Positions 16,252 through 28,929 of a stretch of DNA of 64,000 bases are shown here, piece by piece. Under the pieces are notes generated by a model, which saw only the letters and a program-made list of their open reading frames with translations, was not told the origin of the DNA and did no database searches. A program made the position numbers and the translations under genes. Origin of the DNA: the human T2T-CHM13v2.0 reference genome, Homo sapiens; the NCBI RefSeq assembly GCF_009914755.1, contig NC_060926.1. The stretch is one strand, 5' to 3'. Positions within the stretch are counted from its first letter, which is position 1. Each line of letters begins with the position of its first letter.

Positions 16252-16887
16252 CAGGGGTTAGCAAACTCCAGCTTGTGGGCAAAATCCAGCCTGTTGCCTC
16301 TTTTTTGTATGGCCCCGATCTAAAAATGGTCTTTAAATGACTGGACAAATCAAAATAATATTCTGTGACATGTAAATATTAAATGAAATTCAATTTCAGG
16401 GTCCATAAATAAAGTTTTATTGGAACACAGCCATGCCTGTTCACTTATGTATTGCCTATAGCTGCTTTCTTGTCACAACCACATAGCTGCATAGTTGTAT
16501 ATGGTCCACAACAGGGGTCCCCAAGCCCCAGGCCACAGACTGGTAACTGTTTGCGGCCTGTTAGGAACCAGGCTGCACAGCAGGTGAGCAGCAGGTTAGC
16601 AAGCATTACTGCCCAAGCTCCGCCTCCTGCCATATCAGCAGAGGCATTAGATTCTCAGAGGAGGGCAAACCCTACTGTGAACTGTGCATGCGAGGGATCT
16701 AGGTTGTGTGTTCCTTATGAGAATCTGATGATCTGACACGGTTCATTCCGAAACCATCTCCCAACCCCCTACCTCCGTGGAAAAACTCTTCCACAAAACC
16801 AGTCCCTGGTGCCAAAAAGGTTAGGGACTGCTGGTCTACAAAGCCTAAGGTACTTACTAAAAAGTTTACGGAAAAAGTTGCTGACCT
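16252..16887. mobile_element. MER58B-like hAT-Charlie MITE, interrupted by MER1B
   Basis: Termini caggggttagcaaact ... agttgctgacctg; core ataaataaagttttattggaacacagcc. Confidence 0.8.
16512..16833. mobile_element. MER1B-like hAT-Charlie MITE
   Basis: caggggtccccaa ... ttagggactgctg termini; 8-bp TSD gtccacaa/gtctacaa. Confidence 0.85.
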
Positions 16888-17388
16888 GTTATAAAACCCT
16901 CAACATACCTACATACACCAGCCAACTTAATTTATTCATAATTCCTTAAGAGTCCATTTCCTGCTTCCCTGTTTGTTCATCCTAGTGCTCCTGTACTTGC
17001 ATGAAAGGTTGTTCCCCAACCCTCATCCATTCAGCACTTCTGTCAGTAATCCATTCCATCCTTTCAGGTATAGCTCAAATTGCACTTCCTTTAGGAAGCT
17101 TCCCCTGCTGACCCCACAAGAAGTAATGTCTGCCTTCTCTTTGAACCAGTCTTACCACTTTGTAACACTGTAATGTAACTTTTTCTAGTGAAAAAGTTAG
17201 CTTTATTTTTAATTTTAAAAATCTGCCCTAGTTTCCTCTATAAAGCAGAACTCCTTAGGGAAGTTACCAACCGCAAAGTCTAGCCTAGTACTTTGGGCGA
17301 TGAACCAATTTCTCTAATAAAGATTTTCACCTTTTATTTTCCTTATTTTAATCACCCAGTTTACACATTAGCTATAACGATTACTTAC

Positions 17389-17441
17389 CACATTCTCCTG
17401 AATCTGACAATTAGATACAGAGATACTTGTAGACAAATCTT
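17389..17441 (-). CDS. PRKD3: PRKD3 coding exon 11 (DLSTSISVSNCQIQENV)
   Basis: CAG|AAGATT acceptor, GTG|GTAAGT donor, 53 nt; restores the frame between its neighbours. Confidence 0.95.
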
Positions 17442-17737
17442 CTGTAAAATATAAAAAAGACAAAATTTAGTATATGACAATATTATTAATCTTTACTGAC
17501 ATGTGAATGCTCATGGTATATCAAACTTTAAAAAGTTTAGCACACAGTTAATACAATTATGTACATTAACAAAATCTACACATACAACCCATCAACAGGA
17601 AACTAGATAAAATATGATACATCCATACAAAAGAATACTATCTCAACATTTAATCGATGATGTAGGACTATAAATACTGAATCAGAAAGTCAGAAAGCTA
17701 GTTATGATTATTACTGAGTTAAAAAGGGAAGTTTTAC

Positions 17738-17988
17738 TGTAATCCCAGTGCATTAGGACGCTGAGGCAGGAGGATCACTTGAGCCCAGGAGTTTGAGACC
17801 ACCTGGGCTACAGGATACCCTATCTCTAAAAAAATTTTAAAATTAGCCAGGCATAGTGGTGTGCACCGGTAGTCCTAGCTACTCAGGAGGCTGAGACAGG
17901 AGGATCTGAGCCCTGGAGTTTGAGGTTGCAGCGAGTTATGATTTGCGCACTGCACTCTCACCTGGGCGACATAGCGAGACCCTGTCTC
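17738..17988 (+). mobile_element. AluJ-like, 5'-clipped, no A tail
   Basis: Alu body ends gagaccctgtctc, followed by G-rich sequence. Confidence 0.88.
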
Positions 17989-19429
17989 TTGGTGGGGGGA
18001 GGGGGGGAAGTGGAGTCAAGGGAATTGCAGGGTAGCAGTGCTTAAATTAAAAACAAAAATCTGTGATTACTTTTGGTGAGTGGAAGAGGTGGGGTTGGGG
18101 GACAAAGAGTTTTTATACACTTCTAAATTGCTTGCATTTTTATAATTTTATAATGTTGTTTTTTGGTACTTTAATACATTTATTGCCTGAAATAAATCAC
18201 CTCATTTATCTTTTAAAGAGTGTGTAAGTGCCTGTATTGTTTTCTGAGGAAACAGTCCTAGTTTTAATTAGAATGACATAGAGTTCTGTCTAAAAACCTC
18301 CAAAACTTAAGAACCACTGTGAAACATCCATCTACTTACACCCATTCCAACCCCAAATCAGTACTGAACACCAAACATGTACACAGTTGTCATGATCCTC
18401 ATCACACTTGTCTCAACTAAATAATGTTACCCCTCCACCCCTCCCACTGAGATCTGCCTACTGTATTTCTACCTGAGGTTCAAATCAGGTTCTTCTATGA
18501 AGTCTTGTTTACTCTTCTGTCTGTATCTGAGTTTTTTAAGTAATGTATTCCTCACTTTTGCACTGTACTGCTTTATGCTACCATCTAATACCTTTATATA
18601 TCCCATCTCTCCCTAAAGAGCTTTTATGATTTCTGTATTTATTTTGTATTTTAGCTCAGGGCCTAGCATAATAGTTGTACAAAATAATACAGCTAAACTA
18701 AAATAAACTACCTTTGGAAAGTTGTTGATACTTATTTCAATTTGAGTATATTTCTCAAATGAATGACTTATGTGTCCCCATAAGCAACATAATGTTAATG
18801 GGGGAGAAGTGACATTATAGTGACCTTTCGATTGTTAACTGTTTACTTTTGAAACTTTATCCAATTTAGGCTTAATTATATAAGTTTTGTTGGTGCAAAA
18901 CATGTTTCAGTGATTTTTAAATATTTCTGTATGTTTTAATACAGCATTTCTGACTTCACAGATTTCATGAGTGTGATGTGAACCATAATACTTTATTGCC
19001 TGTTTATATCCCACTATAAAGCAAAATATTAATACCAGTAGCAGGCATAATCCAATGAGACTTTACGGATGCCAAGCACTGTTCTGTATCTTACAGGTTC
19101 TCTTTCATTTAATACTGACAACCTTATGAAGTACTTACTACTACAGTGAGGTAAAGTACTTGCCTGATCATATAACAGATGGTATAGCCAGGATTTTCAT
19201 GTAGGAAAACTGACTCTGGAGCCTAGCACTGGGCATTGTATGTACGTATATATACTATAACCAATATAATTTTATAAAAGAGTTAACTAATTGTATTGGT
19301 TACTAAAGTATTGGTTACTAAAGACTAAGCTTAGGATGAACATTAAAAGGAACAAAGGAACACAACCATACCCACAAAATGCTTAAGAATTAAAGAGGAG
19401 AAAAAGCCATCAAGAAGTTTATTGCTTAC

Positions 19430-19706
19430 TGTGATCTTTCCCTTGCCCTGGAGAAGTGCAAACACTTGCTTGAGGAGTAACAGGCATGAGGGCTTGGCGA
19501 ATTGCTTTTTCCCAGCTCTGTGCTACATCAAGTCCAACTCCAGTGGCAGCAAGAACAGGATTATGAGAGCTGTCCCCATTGTTCTCACCAACGAAGTATA
19601 CCATAGTATCAGTAATGATTTCAAAACAGTGTGGATTGCTGCCTTGTGAAATGTTTGTGAAATCTCGTGGTGAAGATATGCGGAGAATTTCTGAAAGTGG
19701 AATTTC
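19430..19706 (-). CDS. PRKD3: PRKD3 coding exon 10 (EIPLSEIL...WEKAIRQALMP...GKDH; PH)
   Basis: CAG|GAAATT acceptor, ACA|GTAAGC donor, 277 nt. Confidence 0.97.
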
Positions 19707-20775
19707 CTGAAGTAAAAAATTAAGCATTGAAAAATAAGAATAGATCTTTGTTTTTATTTTTAAATACACTAAAGAACCAGAGATATGCATTTCAATGAAT
19801 GCCATTAAGACGGACACAAGTATGCAACATTTAATACACAGTTGAGTCTTATGACATGGCCTGTCTTGAATGAGCTGCAATGTCCAGCAATGCCAGACGC
19901 AGAGCATGGACTATGATAACTAAGCCAGTAGCAGATCATTAGGATGCAAGGAAGAAGATATAGGAGAGTAATCTGCCACTATATCCAACACTTGTAACTT
20001 CCAACTGTCATTAATTCAGCTTCACAACTACTTATCTAGTGACTGTAGTCTACAAGATATAGCCCCAAAGCAAGTAAGAAGCAGAAATAATGGCAGAAAA
20101 AGCAGAATCTTGGTCAGTTGTTTAAGCCACTCCCATTCTGGTTCTGTCCACTGGAGTAACCTGTAGCAATCATTATATTTTTAGTCCACTTCCTAAGGCA
20201 AAAAAAAAAACTTACTAAAAACAAACAAACAAAAAAACACCTGCTCAAAGCAAGCCATTAGTTCCCATTCTCTCTTACTGACCTAACTGCTTGGTTATAA
20301 TCTTGCTTGCTATCAGTTTGTGATGTGGCAAAACGTGGAATAAGCCAAGCAAGGAAGACTGTAAAAAGGAGATTAAGAGCCAAACAAGCAATTGGGAATT
20401 GGCACCCAAGGTAAGGTGGAAGGTGGGAGAAATACTAAATACCTCACTGACCTCTTCTGGACAGTCAATGATGATGGGACTTTCTAAGCAGTCTAATCTA
20501 AATCAGAGTATCCAGAAGGAAAGCAGCAGCAACCTGACAGGCAAGCCAGAAATAAATAAATACACGACAACAACAAACAGTCTGGAAGGAGAGCTGCTGT
20601 GGGGGAGTGAAATTTGGTATGGGAAATAGTTGCTTCAACAAGGAACCTAACAGTGACTTCTATAAACCATACTAGCTAGAGTCATATATATTCAAATATA
20701 ACAGTTAATGAATATTATCTGAAAAAAACATACACTATCTTAATGCTTATATTTTTTAAAGTGTAAAATCCTTAC

Positions 20776-20853
20776 CTTATAATACTTTGATCCAGATTCA
20801 TTCTGAAATAATGTTAGACATTTGCTGTCAAGTCTCCAATAATGCCTCTTTCT
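20776..20853 (-). CDS. PRKD3: PRKD3 coding exon 9 ([26 protein letters not shown]; PH)
   Basis: TAG|AGAAAG acceptor, AAG|GTAAGG donor, 78 nt. Confidence 0.97.
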
Positions 20854-21189
20854 CTATAAAATGAAGATTGGAAAACTGTGAGGTTCAAAAATGATTCCTC
20901 CAAAGTGCTTGTACCTAACTTTTCCCTTCATTTACATTCATAAATTTGTATTTTTGAATAACTTTAAGATTCATGAGGTTCAAAATTCTCAAGATATAAA
21001 AAGGATGTATGGTGAAAAGTATCACTTCCACCATCACTCATCCCCACTCCTCACCCTTACTCCAGGCAAAGCATGTTATCAGGTTTCTGGGAATCCTTGT
21101 AGAGAATTTCATACATGCACACATGAATACATATATATATATGACACATACACACACACACATAAAAATATGTAATTTACCTATAGGCT

Positions 21190-21960
21190 ATATTTCTAGA
21201 AGTTGATTTGCTGGGTCAACAGACATGTGCACATGTAATTTTGCCTGATAGTGTTATATTATTCTACACAAGATTTGACCCAATTTATAGTCTCTTCAGC
21301 AACGTATGAGAGTCCCTAGTTACTCACACCCTCATTAATGCAGTATGTTAATAACTTTTTGATCTTTGCTATACTGAAAAATAAACACTGGTATTTCAGT
21401 GAAAGGTTAAAGTGATATTCCTTTTATTATAAATGAAATCAAGTTCTTATGTGTAAGAGTCATTTGTATTTCCTGTGAAACTCTCTGTTCATATTCTTTG
21501 TCCATTTTCCTATTGCGTTATGTTCTTTTTCTTATCAATTTGTTGGCATTCTTCACATCTTATGGAATTAACCCTTGTTTAGAATGAGCTGAAAATATTT
21601 TTTCCAGTTTCTCATTTGTCTTTGCTTTTGGATTTTGCCACATATCATTTTTTAATGAGATTGAATTTATTGATCTTTTATTCTTGAATTTGTAAAATAA
21701 TTCTCCCAAAGTTTCTTCTGTTTAATTTCTTTACACTCAAATCTTTGATACATTTAGGTTTATTATGTATAAAGTATGAGGTGTGTGTATATATGTATAT
21801 ATATACACACACACATACACATATATATACATATATATTCATATATATACATATATATAACTTTATTTTTTTCAAAATGGCTAGATGCTTGTCCCAACAC
21901 CATTTACTGAATTAACTACTTTCCCCATTAATTTGATGTAAAAGCACCTTTGATATACCA
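21190..21960 (-). mobile_element. Old L1ME-like fragment with embedded (TA/CA)n repeat at 21781-21858
   Basis: Antisense L1 3' ORF2 motifs (ttgctgggtcaa, caatttatagtct, catttgtatttcc). Confidence 0.6.
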
Positions 21961-22169
21961 TTAAATTCGCAAAGGTAGGCACACCACTTCAAGTTACATT
22001 CGCAAGGATATGAACTATAAATAAAACACATACACACTGCAGTCTATACTGTTGTTATCATACAAAACTTTAGGCCAGCTAAATGTATTGGGTACTTCAT
22101 TTTATTCTTAAAAGGTTTATTAGAAAGCTTGTTTCAATAATCTACTCAGCAGACTTTAAAAATAAAATA

Positions 22170-22405
22170 CTAGCTACTAACATTTATTGAGTGTTTCTGT
22201 ATGCCAGACACTGTTCCAAGATCTTCTCATATATTAACTGATTTGGATTTATTAGGTGGTTACCATTATTATGCCAATTTTACACAAGGAAACAAAAGCA
22301 TAAAGAAACTAAGTAACTTTCCCAAGTTCATATAGTTTTATAGTAAGTTACAGAGACTTAGGCAGTCTAGCTCCAAAGTCTGTGTTCTTAGTTATTACAC
22401 TACGC
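22170..22405 (-). mobile_element. MIR SINE
   Basis: aacatttattgagtg...tgccagacactgt...taagtaactttcccaag MIR core. Confidence 0.75.
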
Positions 22406-22874
22406 TGATTCTTCAAATCTATTGTCTTTCTACTAGAATGTCATCATTCCTCGTCTTTGCTGGATCTAAAAAAAAACGTTGCACATTTACACTAAGTTAA
22501 AGTCTACATAAAACCAAACATGCTTCCTTCCTATCTTTGGTAATAAGATGACTTTTTAGATGAAGTCTTAGTTCCTTCTATCTCTATTTGTGGCTCCACT
22601 GTGTTTCGAGTTAATTATTTTTTATTGTGGAACAATCCCAGATCCTTTTTGAATATTGACTGCTCTACCAGTTTGTAAAGACAATACATTAAATATTCTG
22701 CCTGTTAAAAATTCCTTACAAATTTAACTATAATTCCAGTGCATCTTTTACAAATTGCTGTGGTGTATATAATGTCTTAATATGTATCTCATCATCATTT
22801 TGATTTAAAAAATGCACAGAATGAAACTCATAACAAAGTCTTACTAGCATATTCAAATGTATTTGATTACTGAC

Positions 22875-22998
22875 CAGGTTATCCCTGCTGGTGTAATGGA
22901 CCATCCACCCTTCCTTCACCATTGTGCTGCTCTTCCTCTTTGTGTGCTTGATGGATTGTACAACCCTCATTAGCGGAATATTATTGCTTGTTGATGGA
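22875..22998 (-). CDS. PRKD3: PRKD3 coding exon 8 ([15 protein letters not shown]...[14 protein letters not shown]; start of PH domain)
   Basis: TAG|TCCATC acceptor, CTG|GTCAGT donor, 124 nt. Confidence 0.97.
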
Positions 22999-23666
22999 CT
23001 AAAAAATATTTAAAATTTGTAAGTTTGTGTAGATTTTTAAAAAATCATATAAATACTGTAGGAACATGAAGCCTTTTTAAAGACAACTGAGCTAAAATTT
23101 TTCAAAATATCTTAGTAAAATAAACAATGGCTGAAGAAAAATTAATCCTGTTATGATGATACATAAAAGATTCTATTTTAAGCTAATATTTTAAATCCTA
23201 TTTACTTGTCATGAATGTTTTCTGGAGGGCCACAAAAAAAAAAATTAAAAACAATGAGCGGAATAGAAAGTACCCTCCCAAACTGGAATATTTGGAGCCC
23301 AGGAGAGGTTCTCATTTGGGCTTGCTGTTGAAGAGTTTTCCTGCCCTAGGCAGCATGATGGACTAGCAAATCCACAACAAGGCAAAATACAAGTATATAT
23401 ATAACTCGAATTCACATGGCTCAAATGTCAAATCCAGTTAATCATGTTGTTAGCAAAATGTACTTCTACTAGAAGGTATTTAAAGGAAAATGATTTACAG
23501 ATACTAATTAAGAAAATGTAACAAGTCAAATCAGCACTGAAACATGGCTCAATAAAATTTGGGATGTATGCATAAAATACACTGTTTTGAAATGTGAACC
23601 TCAAACAGTTAAATACTTTCTTTTTTAAACTATGAAGTATTCATGATTAAGAAACTAGCTAGGTTC

Positions 23667-23970
23667 ACCGGGCGCAGTGGCTCACGCCTATAATCCCACC
23701 ACTTTGGGAAGCTGAGGTGGGCAGATCACAAGGTCAAGAGATCGAGACCATCCTGGCCAACATGGTGAAACCCCGTCTCTACTAAAAATACAAAAATTAG
23801 CCGGGCGTGGTGGCAGGTGCCTGTAGTCCCAGCTACTTGGGAGGCTGAGGCAGGAGAATCGCTTGAACCGGGAGGCAGAGGTTGAAGTGAGTGGAGATTG
23901 TGCCACTGCACTACAGCCTGGCGACAGGGCGAGACTCTGTCTCAAAAAAAAAAAAACAGAAACCAAAAAC
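23667..23970 (+). mobile_element. AluSc
   Basis: aggtcaagagatcgagaccatcctggcc and gcctggcgacag diagnostics; TSD aactagct(a/g)ggttc. Confidence 0.92.
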
Positions 23971-24753
23971 CAACTAGCTGGGTTCTGGAATAGTCTCCAA
24001 AATGGCTAAACAAAGATTTTGTTAATAATGCTAATGATAGTAATAACTGTTATTTAATGATAAGCCAAACTGAATAAATGACAACTCAGCCACCTGAGAC
24101 TGAAATAAATGACTCATTTTCTTTAAGTAACTCTTTGTTTCCAATGAAAAACAAAACCTGCCAAAATGGGGACATTTTGCTACAAGGTAGTATATCATTT
24201 AGGCTACAAAAATTGAATTTCTATGAACATAGTGGCATATTTAGAATGGTTTTACAGTCTAATAGTATTTTTACAAAATGCTAATAGTCGGATTAACTGT
24301 GGCAATATGAAAACTGCCCTAAACTTCATCACCATTATCCTTGTGCAACATCTTCATGAGTATATTCTTTATTGCCATTTCTACTACCAGTTAAAGCTGC
24401 CTGTGTGAAAAACAGGTTGCTTTAACTGAAAGTTCAATACTGACACCTTGCAGTGGCTGTTCCACAACTAGGTTTTACATCTAGACCACACTTAAAGCAT
24501 TTTTCTTTAAGAACAAAAAACAAAAAACGAAAAAAAAAAAACAAGGATTCTCATACCTCCCCATCTTGAGTGGATGGCAAGGGTGATATAATTTATTTCA
24601 GAAATACTACATTGCATGTAAAAGAATTAGCCACAATTTATTTAGATTTTAAATTACTTTTAAGGTCCCACTTAAAGAGACGTGGCTTTTTCTTAATGAG
24701 ATCCTGAACTGACCTTGCATCTGGAAGTAGCTTGTAATATGTATATATATTAC

Positions 24754-24937
24754 CTGATTGTTTTAACGGCTTCTTCATCTCTTTCCACATCGAGATCAGA
24801 TGGATCCAAGAAGAACATCTTATCTTCTGGGGGTGATGGCTCTTCTGTGTCATCCAAACCCCGACTACTATCACTATTTATGTCATTATTGTCAATATCC
24901 ATTGGTATATCTGTATCTGTTCCCAGACTGGAAGGTT
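24754..24937 (-). CDS. PRKD3: PRKD3 coding exon 7 (PSSLGTDTDIPMDIDNND...AVKTI; acidic linker)
   Basis: CAG|AACCTT acceptor, CAG|GTAATA donor, 184 nt. Confidence 0.96.
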
Positions 24938-25061
24938 CTGGGAAAATTTTAAATGAATTTCAGAGTTTTATATTAATAGAGGAAGTCCATTAAATGTGAA
25001 AAAAGTCTTAAGAGTCTTAAAATGTAAGAAAATATCTTTATGAGTTAAGTAAAGTATTTCT

Positions 25062-25352
25062 CTTTTTTTTTTTTTTTGAGATAGAGTTTCACTCTTGTCA
25101 CCCAGGCTGGAGTGTGATCTCGGCTCACTGCAACCTCTACCTCCTGGGTTCAAGCGATTCTCTAGCCTCAGCCTCCTCAGTAGCTGGGATTACAGGCGCC
25201 CACCACCACGCCCAGCTAATTTTTGTATCTTTAGTAGAGATGGGGTTTCGCCATGTTGGCCAGGCTGGTCTCGAACTCCTGACCTCAGGGGATCCACCCA
25301 CTTCGGCCTCCCAAAGTGCTGGGATTACAGGCGTGAGCCACCACGCCTGGCC
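25062..25352 (-). mobile_element. Alu (AluS)
   Basis: Full antisense dimer with T tail; TSD taaagtatttct. Confidence 0.93.
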
Positions 25353-25479
25353 TAAGATAAAGTATTTCTTAAAGAAGATAAAAAATACACAAATCATAAG
25401 GCACAAAGTTAATTAATTTGATTACATCAGAATTTTAAATTTCCACATGACAAAAGATACTATAAATGCGGATAAGCCA

Positions 25480-26177
25480 CCACCATTATGGTCAACTGAT
25501 TTTTGACAAGAGTGTCAAGAAAATTCAACGGGCAAAAAATAGTCTTTTAAGTAAATGGTGCTAGGATAACTGTATATCTACATGCAAAAGAATGAACATA
25601 TAAATCATATATAAAAATTAACTCAAAGTGGATCACATAAAAATCTAAGAGCTAAAACTATAAAACTCATAGGAGAAAGCATGAGAGTAGATTTTTGTGA
25701 CCTTGGTTAGGCAAAGCTTTCTTAATACACCAAAAAGATAAGTGACAACATAAATAAATAAATAAATTGGATTTCATCAAAATACAAAACTTCTGTGCTA
25801 CAAACAACACCTTACGAAGTGAAATGAAAGCCCATAGAATGGGAGAAAATATAAGCAAATCATATGCCAGATAAGGGACTAGTATCCAGGGTATTTAAAA
25901 ATTCTTACAGCTCAATGAAAAATAAACAGATAAGTAACCTAAATGGGCAAAGGATCTGAATAGGTGCTTTTTTCAAACAATATATAAAAATGGCGAATGA
26001 ACACATGAAAAGATGCTCAATATTATTAGCCACCAGGGAACTGCAAATGAAAACTACAATGAGATACCACTTCGCACTACCTAGGATGGTTGTAATCAAA
26101 AAGATATACAATAACAAGTGGTGGTAGGGATGTAGAGAAATCAGAATCCTCATAAACTGCTAATGTAAAATGGTGCA
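25480..26177 (+). mobile_element. L1M ORF2 3' fragment
   Basis: tatggtcaactgatttttgacaag, gaatgggagaaaat, aaaactacaatgagataccac motifs. Confidence 0.82.
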
Positions 26178-26399
26178 TTTCTTTGATTACTAGTGAGTTT
26201 GAACATCTCACTAGTAATCAAATGCACATTAAGATAAATATAAATGGTGTTTCGTATCCATTTGTTATAAGGTAGAAAAACACGAAAACACAAATACGTG
26301 AAGTATAAATTTATAAAAGACTTTAGTCATAGACAAACTATACTAATTCAGATTAACCGAAAGAGAAAACCAATCATGCTCTGTCAAGGTGTTAATCAG

Positions 26400-26723
26400 T
26401 GCTATGGTATGAATGTTTGTTCCCCTTAAAAATCTTAACTCCCAAGGCAAGGGTATTAGGTAGTGGTGGGTCTTTGGAAGGTGGTATCTTTGGGATGGGT
26501 GCCCTTATAAAATATGTCCACAGGAGTTCCTTCTCCCATTCCACCATGTGAGAATGCAACTACAAGGTGCCATCAACCAGGAAACGGACCCCCCTCACCA
26601 GACACAGAATCTGCCAGTGCCCTGGACTTCCCAGTCTCCAGAACTATGAAAAATAAACTTCTGTTGTTTATATGCTACCTAGCCTATGGTATTTTGTTAT
26701 AGCAGCACAAACAGACTAAGACA
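26400..26723 (+). mobile_element. MaLR solo LTR (MLT1A/MST-like)
   Basis: TG...CA termini; tgctatggtatgaatgtttgt start; ggacttcccagtctccagaact, AATAAA, gactaagaca end. Confidence 0.85.
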
Positions 26724-27002
26724 ACCAAGAACCACAGAAAACAAGCCACAAGAGAAAATGTTAATTAAACTCTCCCCAAGAGAATTTTCATTCCTTTTAT
26801 GCTTTTCCTTTTACAGAACTACTTACATAAAATTTTTACCAGTCATGTAAATTGTTAAAGGAAAATTATGCTGAAAGTCTAGAGTCCTTACTGCTTCCTT
26901 CCAAAAAAAGGTAACTGCCTTGCTTAGTATTATCTTGAAAAGAAAAAAAAAGACCCCAAAGGGAAAATGGACAACGATTATTTGACAGAGAAAGGGAAAG
27001 TG

Positions 27003-27230
27003 AGGCAGTATAGTGTGTTCTAATCACTAGGGACTAAGGAACCAGACCATATGGGTTTAACTTCCAGCTCTGCCACCTACTGGCTATATTTCTGGGGCAA
27101 GTTATTTCATGTATTTGTGCCTCAGTTTACTCATCTCTTAGTACCTACCTCAAAGGGTTGTTCTTAGGTTGAAATGTCAATATATTTAAAGAGTTTAGAA
27201 CAGTGCCTGGTATAGCAAGCAGTTAGTACA
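27003..27230 (+). mobile_element. MIR SINE
   Basis: ccagctctgccacctactggct...ggcaagttattt...cctcagttt MIR core. Confidence 0.75.
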
Positions 27231-27549
27231 TATTAGAACTATGAAAGAATAGAGACAAGAGCAGGGTTTTAAAACAAGTTCTTTTATGTCTAAAAATGAA
27301 AGAGGATATGGAGTACCACTGGCTATATTAGACTACAAAGTAACAGGTGGCCAGAGGAAAGACGGGAAGGCGTGATTACTAATAAATGTATACTGTCAGT
27401 GGTCTGTGTATTTTGTTTGATTATTAAATCAGAAGAAAATCTTTAAGAAACAAAATAAATCAGGAAAACAGAACCTTATCCAAAGATAATACACCAAAGA
27501 ATCATGGCCTTTTCTGATCTTTCACAAAAATTAAGAAAAATAATTTTAC

Positions 27550-27627
27550 CTCCATTGAAAGTAACCTCTCCAAGGCAGTCTCTTGGTACTTTTGATGCAC
27601 AGCGTTTATGGCAGTTGAATTTGCAAT
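27550..27627 (-). CDS. PRKD3: PRKD3 coding exon 6 ([25 protein letters not shown]; end of C1b)
   Basis: TAG|ATTGCA acceptor, GAG|GTAAAA donor, 78 nt. Confidence 0.97.
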
Positions 27628-28197
27628 CTAAAATGAAAATATTCAGCATATTAATTTATGTAAAAGTCAAGCAGTATCAGATATGGTTAGACTTTCTTTA
27701 AATCACTCACAAACAGAATATTATTAGTAATGATGATATTAAAATAATAACCACCTACAAGTCACTTTAGCACCCCTCTGCACCCCCCCATCATTTTCTT
27801 CATTTGTATAATGAGGCTAATACCATGTGTACAACACCGCCGAAATGTACTGGCAGCTCCATATTTCCTTCTCTTATCTCATATTCATCTTTCCACATCT
27901 CCCATGAGAGTTTCTCAAGCTGATTAAATTCCTATCCAACATATGTCAGATACATACTTTCAATTCCTAAGAATCAGGACCTAATGTATATGCAGGAAAG
28001 AGACTGAGATCCAACAAACATTTATGAGGAACCTAATAAGGGCTTTCACATACAACCCTGTGAGGAAGGACTGAGTTTCTCCAGCACAAGGCCTCCCACT
28101 TTTACATAATGGTTCTCTTCAGCCTAAAACAAACCTCAGAGTTGATAGCATTGCAGATCAGTGTCAGGTACAATCTGTCCAAAATTACTGTATAACA

Positions 28198-28357
28198 CAG
28201 TGGCTCTCAAACTGTGGTCCCAGATCAGCTTCATTAGGAAACTTGTTAGAAATGCAAATTCTTGCGCCCTATCCCAGACCTACTATATCAGCAACTCTTA
28301 GCGGGTGGGGAGGGTAGGGCTGAGCTCTGTAAGTCATACTGAAGTTGAGACCCACTG
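28198..28357. mobile_element. MER5A hAT-Charlie MITE
   Basis: cagtggctctcaa ... ttgagacccactg termini; ttgttagaaatgcaaattct core. Confidence 0.78.
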
Positions 28358-28712
28358 GTCTATGTCTAATACCACCTTTGAAATGCATCTATGAGTAATA
28401 ACTGGGTAAAAATAACTTTAAGTCCTGACTTAGAATGTTTTTGTAACCCTTGTGAGTCAAGAAAATCCTGGGTATCATGCCAACAGCACAGGCTAAAGAT
28501 CATTATATGACATAAGCCCCATGAAATGTATAATTTGGTGGAGAATAAAATTTACTTTAAAACACTATCCTTGTTAAGACAGGCCCTAGGGAAAATTCAT
28601 GTGATATTAATATTATCTTGCACTACCTCTTAAACAATAGATTTGTGTTTTATCTCATGAACTTTGCAAACTGTGAAAACAACAAGGTTTCCATTTTCCC
28701 TTTGAAAACTCA

Positions 28713-28929
28713 GGCCGGGTGCAGCGGCTCACACCTGTAATTTCAGCACTTTGGGAGGCCAAGGCAGGTGGATCACTTGAAGCCAGGAGTTTGACACCAG
28801 CCCGGCCAACGTGGCAAAACCCTGTCTCTACAAAAAAAATACAAAAATAAGCTGGGTGTGGCAGCACCACTGCACTCCAGCCTGGGCGACAGAGCAAGAC
28901 TCTGTCTCAAAAAAAAAAAAAAAAAAAAA
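28713..28929 (+). mobile_element. Alu with internal right-arm deletion
   Basis: Left arm and linker joined directly to caccactgcactccagcc; long A tail. Confidence 0.9.

Noticed and set aside
17989-18013. G-rich run replacing an Alu tail as a possible G-quadruplex
   Set aside because: Only two long G tracts plus GG pairs; weak compared with the 53500 motif
19707-19907. In-frame upstream extension of exon 10 in the ORF track (also 5393-5536 and 34520-34613)
   Set aside because: Intronic sequence upstream of clear AG acceptors; not part of PKD3
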